IMG/VR virus record: IMGVR_UViG_3300049913_000038
Span: 1 to 35,112 of that record
Source: a virus
Lineage: Duplodnaviria > Caudoviricetes
Reading direction: 5' to 3' (one strand)
DNA: 35,112 nucleotides
Positions 35,112-35,112 of the stretch are shown one piece after another; position 1 is the stretch's first letter, and each line of letters starts with the position of its first letter. The translations under genes were made by a program, and so were the position numbers. The notes below the pieces were generated by a model. That model saw only the letters and a list, made by a program, of their open reading frames with translations, was not told the DNA's origin and did not search any database.

Positions 35112-35112
35112 A

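Larger units (their letters stand above)
1..35112. mobile_element. Temperate tailed virus (siphovirus-like) genome fragment, probably archaeal
   Basis: Complete packaging, head, tail and lysis gene set, a tyrosine recombinase and a divergent regulator pair; no host genes; both window ends cut viral minus-strand genes. Confidence 0.93.

Noticed and set aside
1-35112. CRISPR array, diversity-generating retroelement or invertible shufflon
   Set aside because: No regular nucleotide repeat-spacer array, no reverse transcriptase, and no inverted fibre cassettes seen by eye; the adhesin repeats are protein-level and divergent in DNA

Overview
The whole window is a temperate head-tail (Caudoviricetes, siphovirus-like) virus genome fragment with no host housekeeping genes. 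An archaeal host is inferred from GGTGA/GGAGG ribosome-binding sites, TATA-like promoters, ribbon-helix-helix regulators and an SGCLG lipobox; Thermoplasmatota/Methanomassiliicoccales-like is a tentative guess. Nearly all genes are on the minus strand. Right to left: RusA (partial), wHTH and Cys-rich proteins, ParB-methyltransferase, TerS, TerL, a three-gene fibre/adhesin cassette (198, 1842 and 115 aa) between TerL and portal, portal, Mu-F-like protein, protease/scaffold, decoration protein, MCP, head-tail proteins (HK97-gp10-like gene split in two), tail tube, chaperone pair with a -1 slippery site, tape measure, one LamG-containing tail-tip protein, and a lysis-like block (two membrane proteins plus a GH5 glycoside hydrolase). 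A short plus-strand unit (RHH repressor, Zn-ribbon protein, lipoprotein) diverges from a second RHH gene that heads the early operon (structured leader, small ORFs, tyrosine recombinase, wHTH/C2H2 zinc-finger protein, partial ParB). The most notable items are the holin+GH5 candidate lysis system, the displaced modular fibre cassette, the RHH/RHH switch with a structured tRNA-like leader, and a repeated late-promoter motif. All family calls come from motif recognition by eye, not from database searches.
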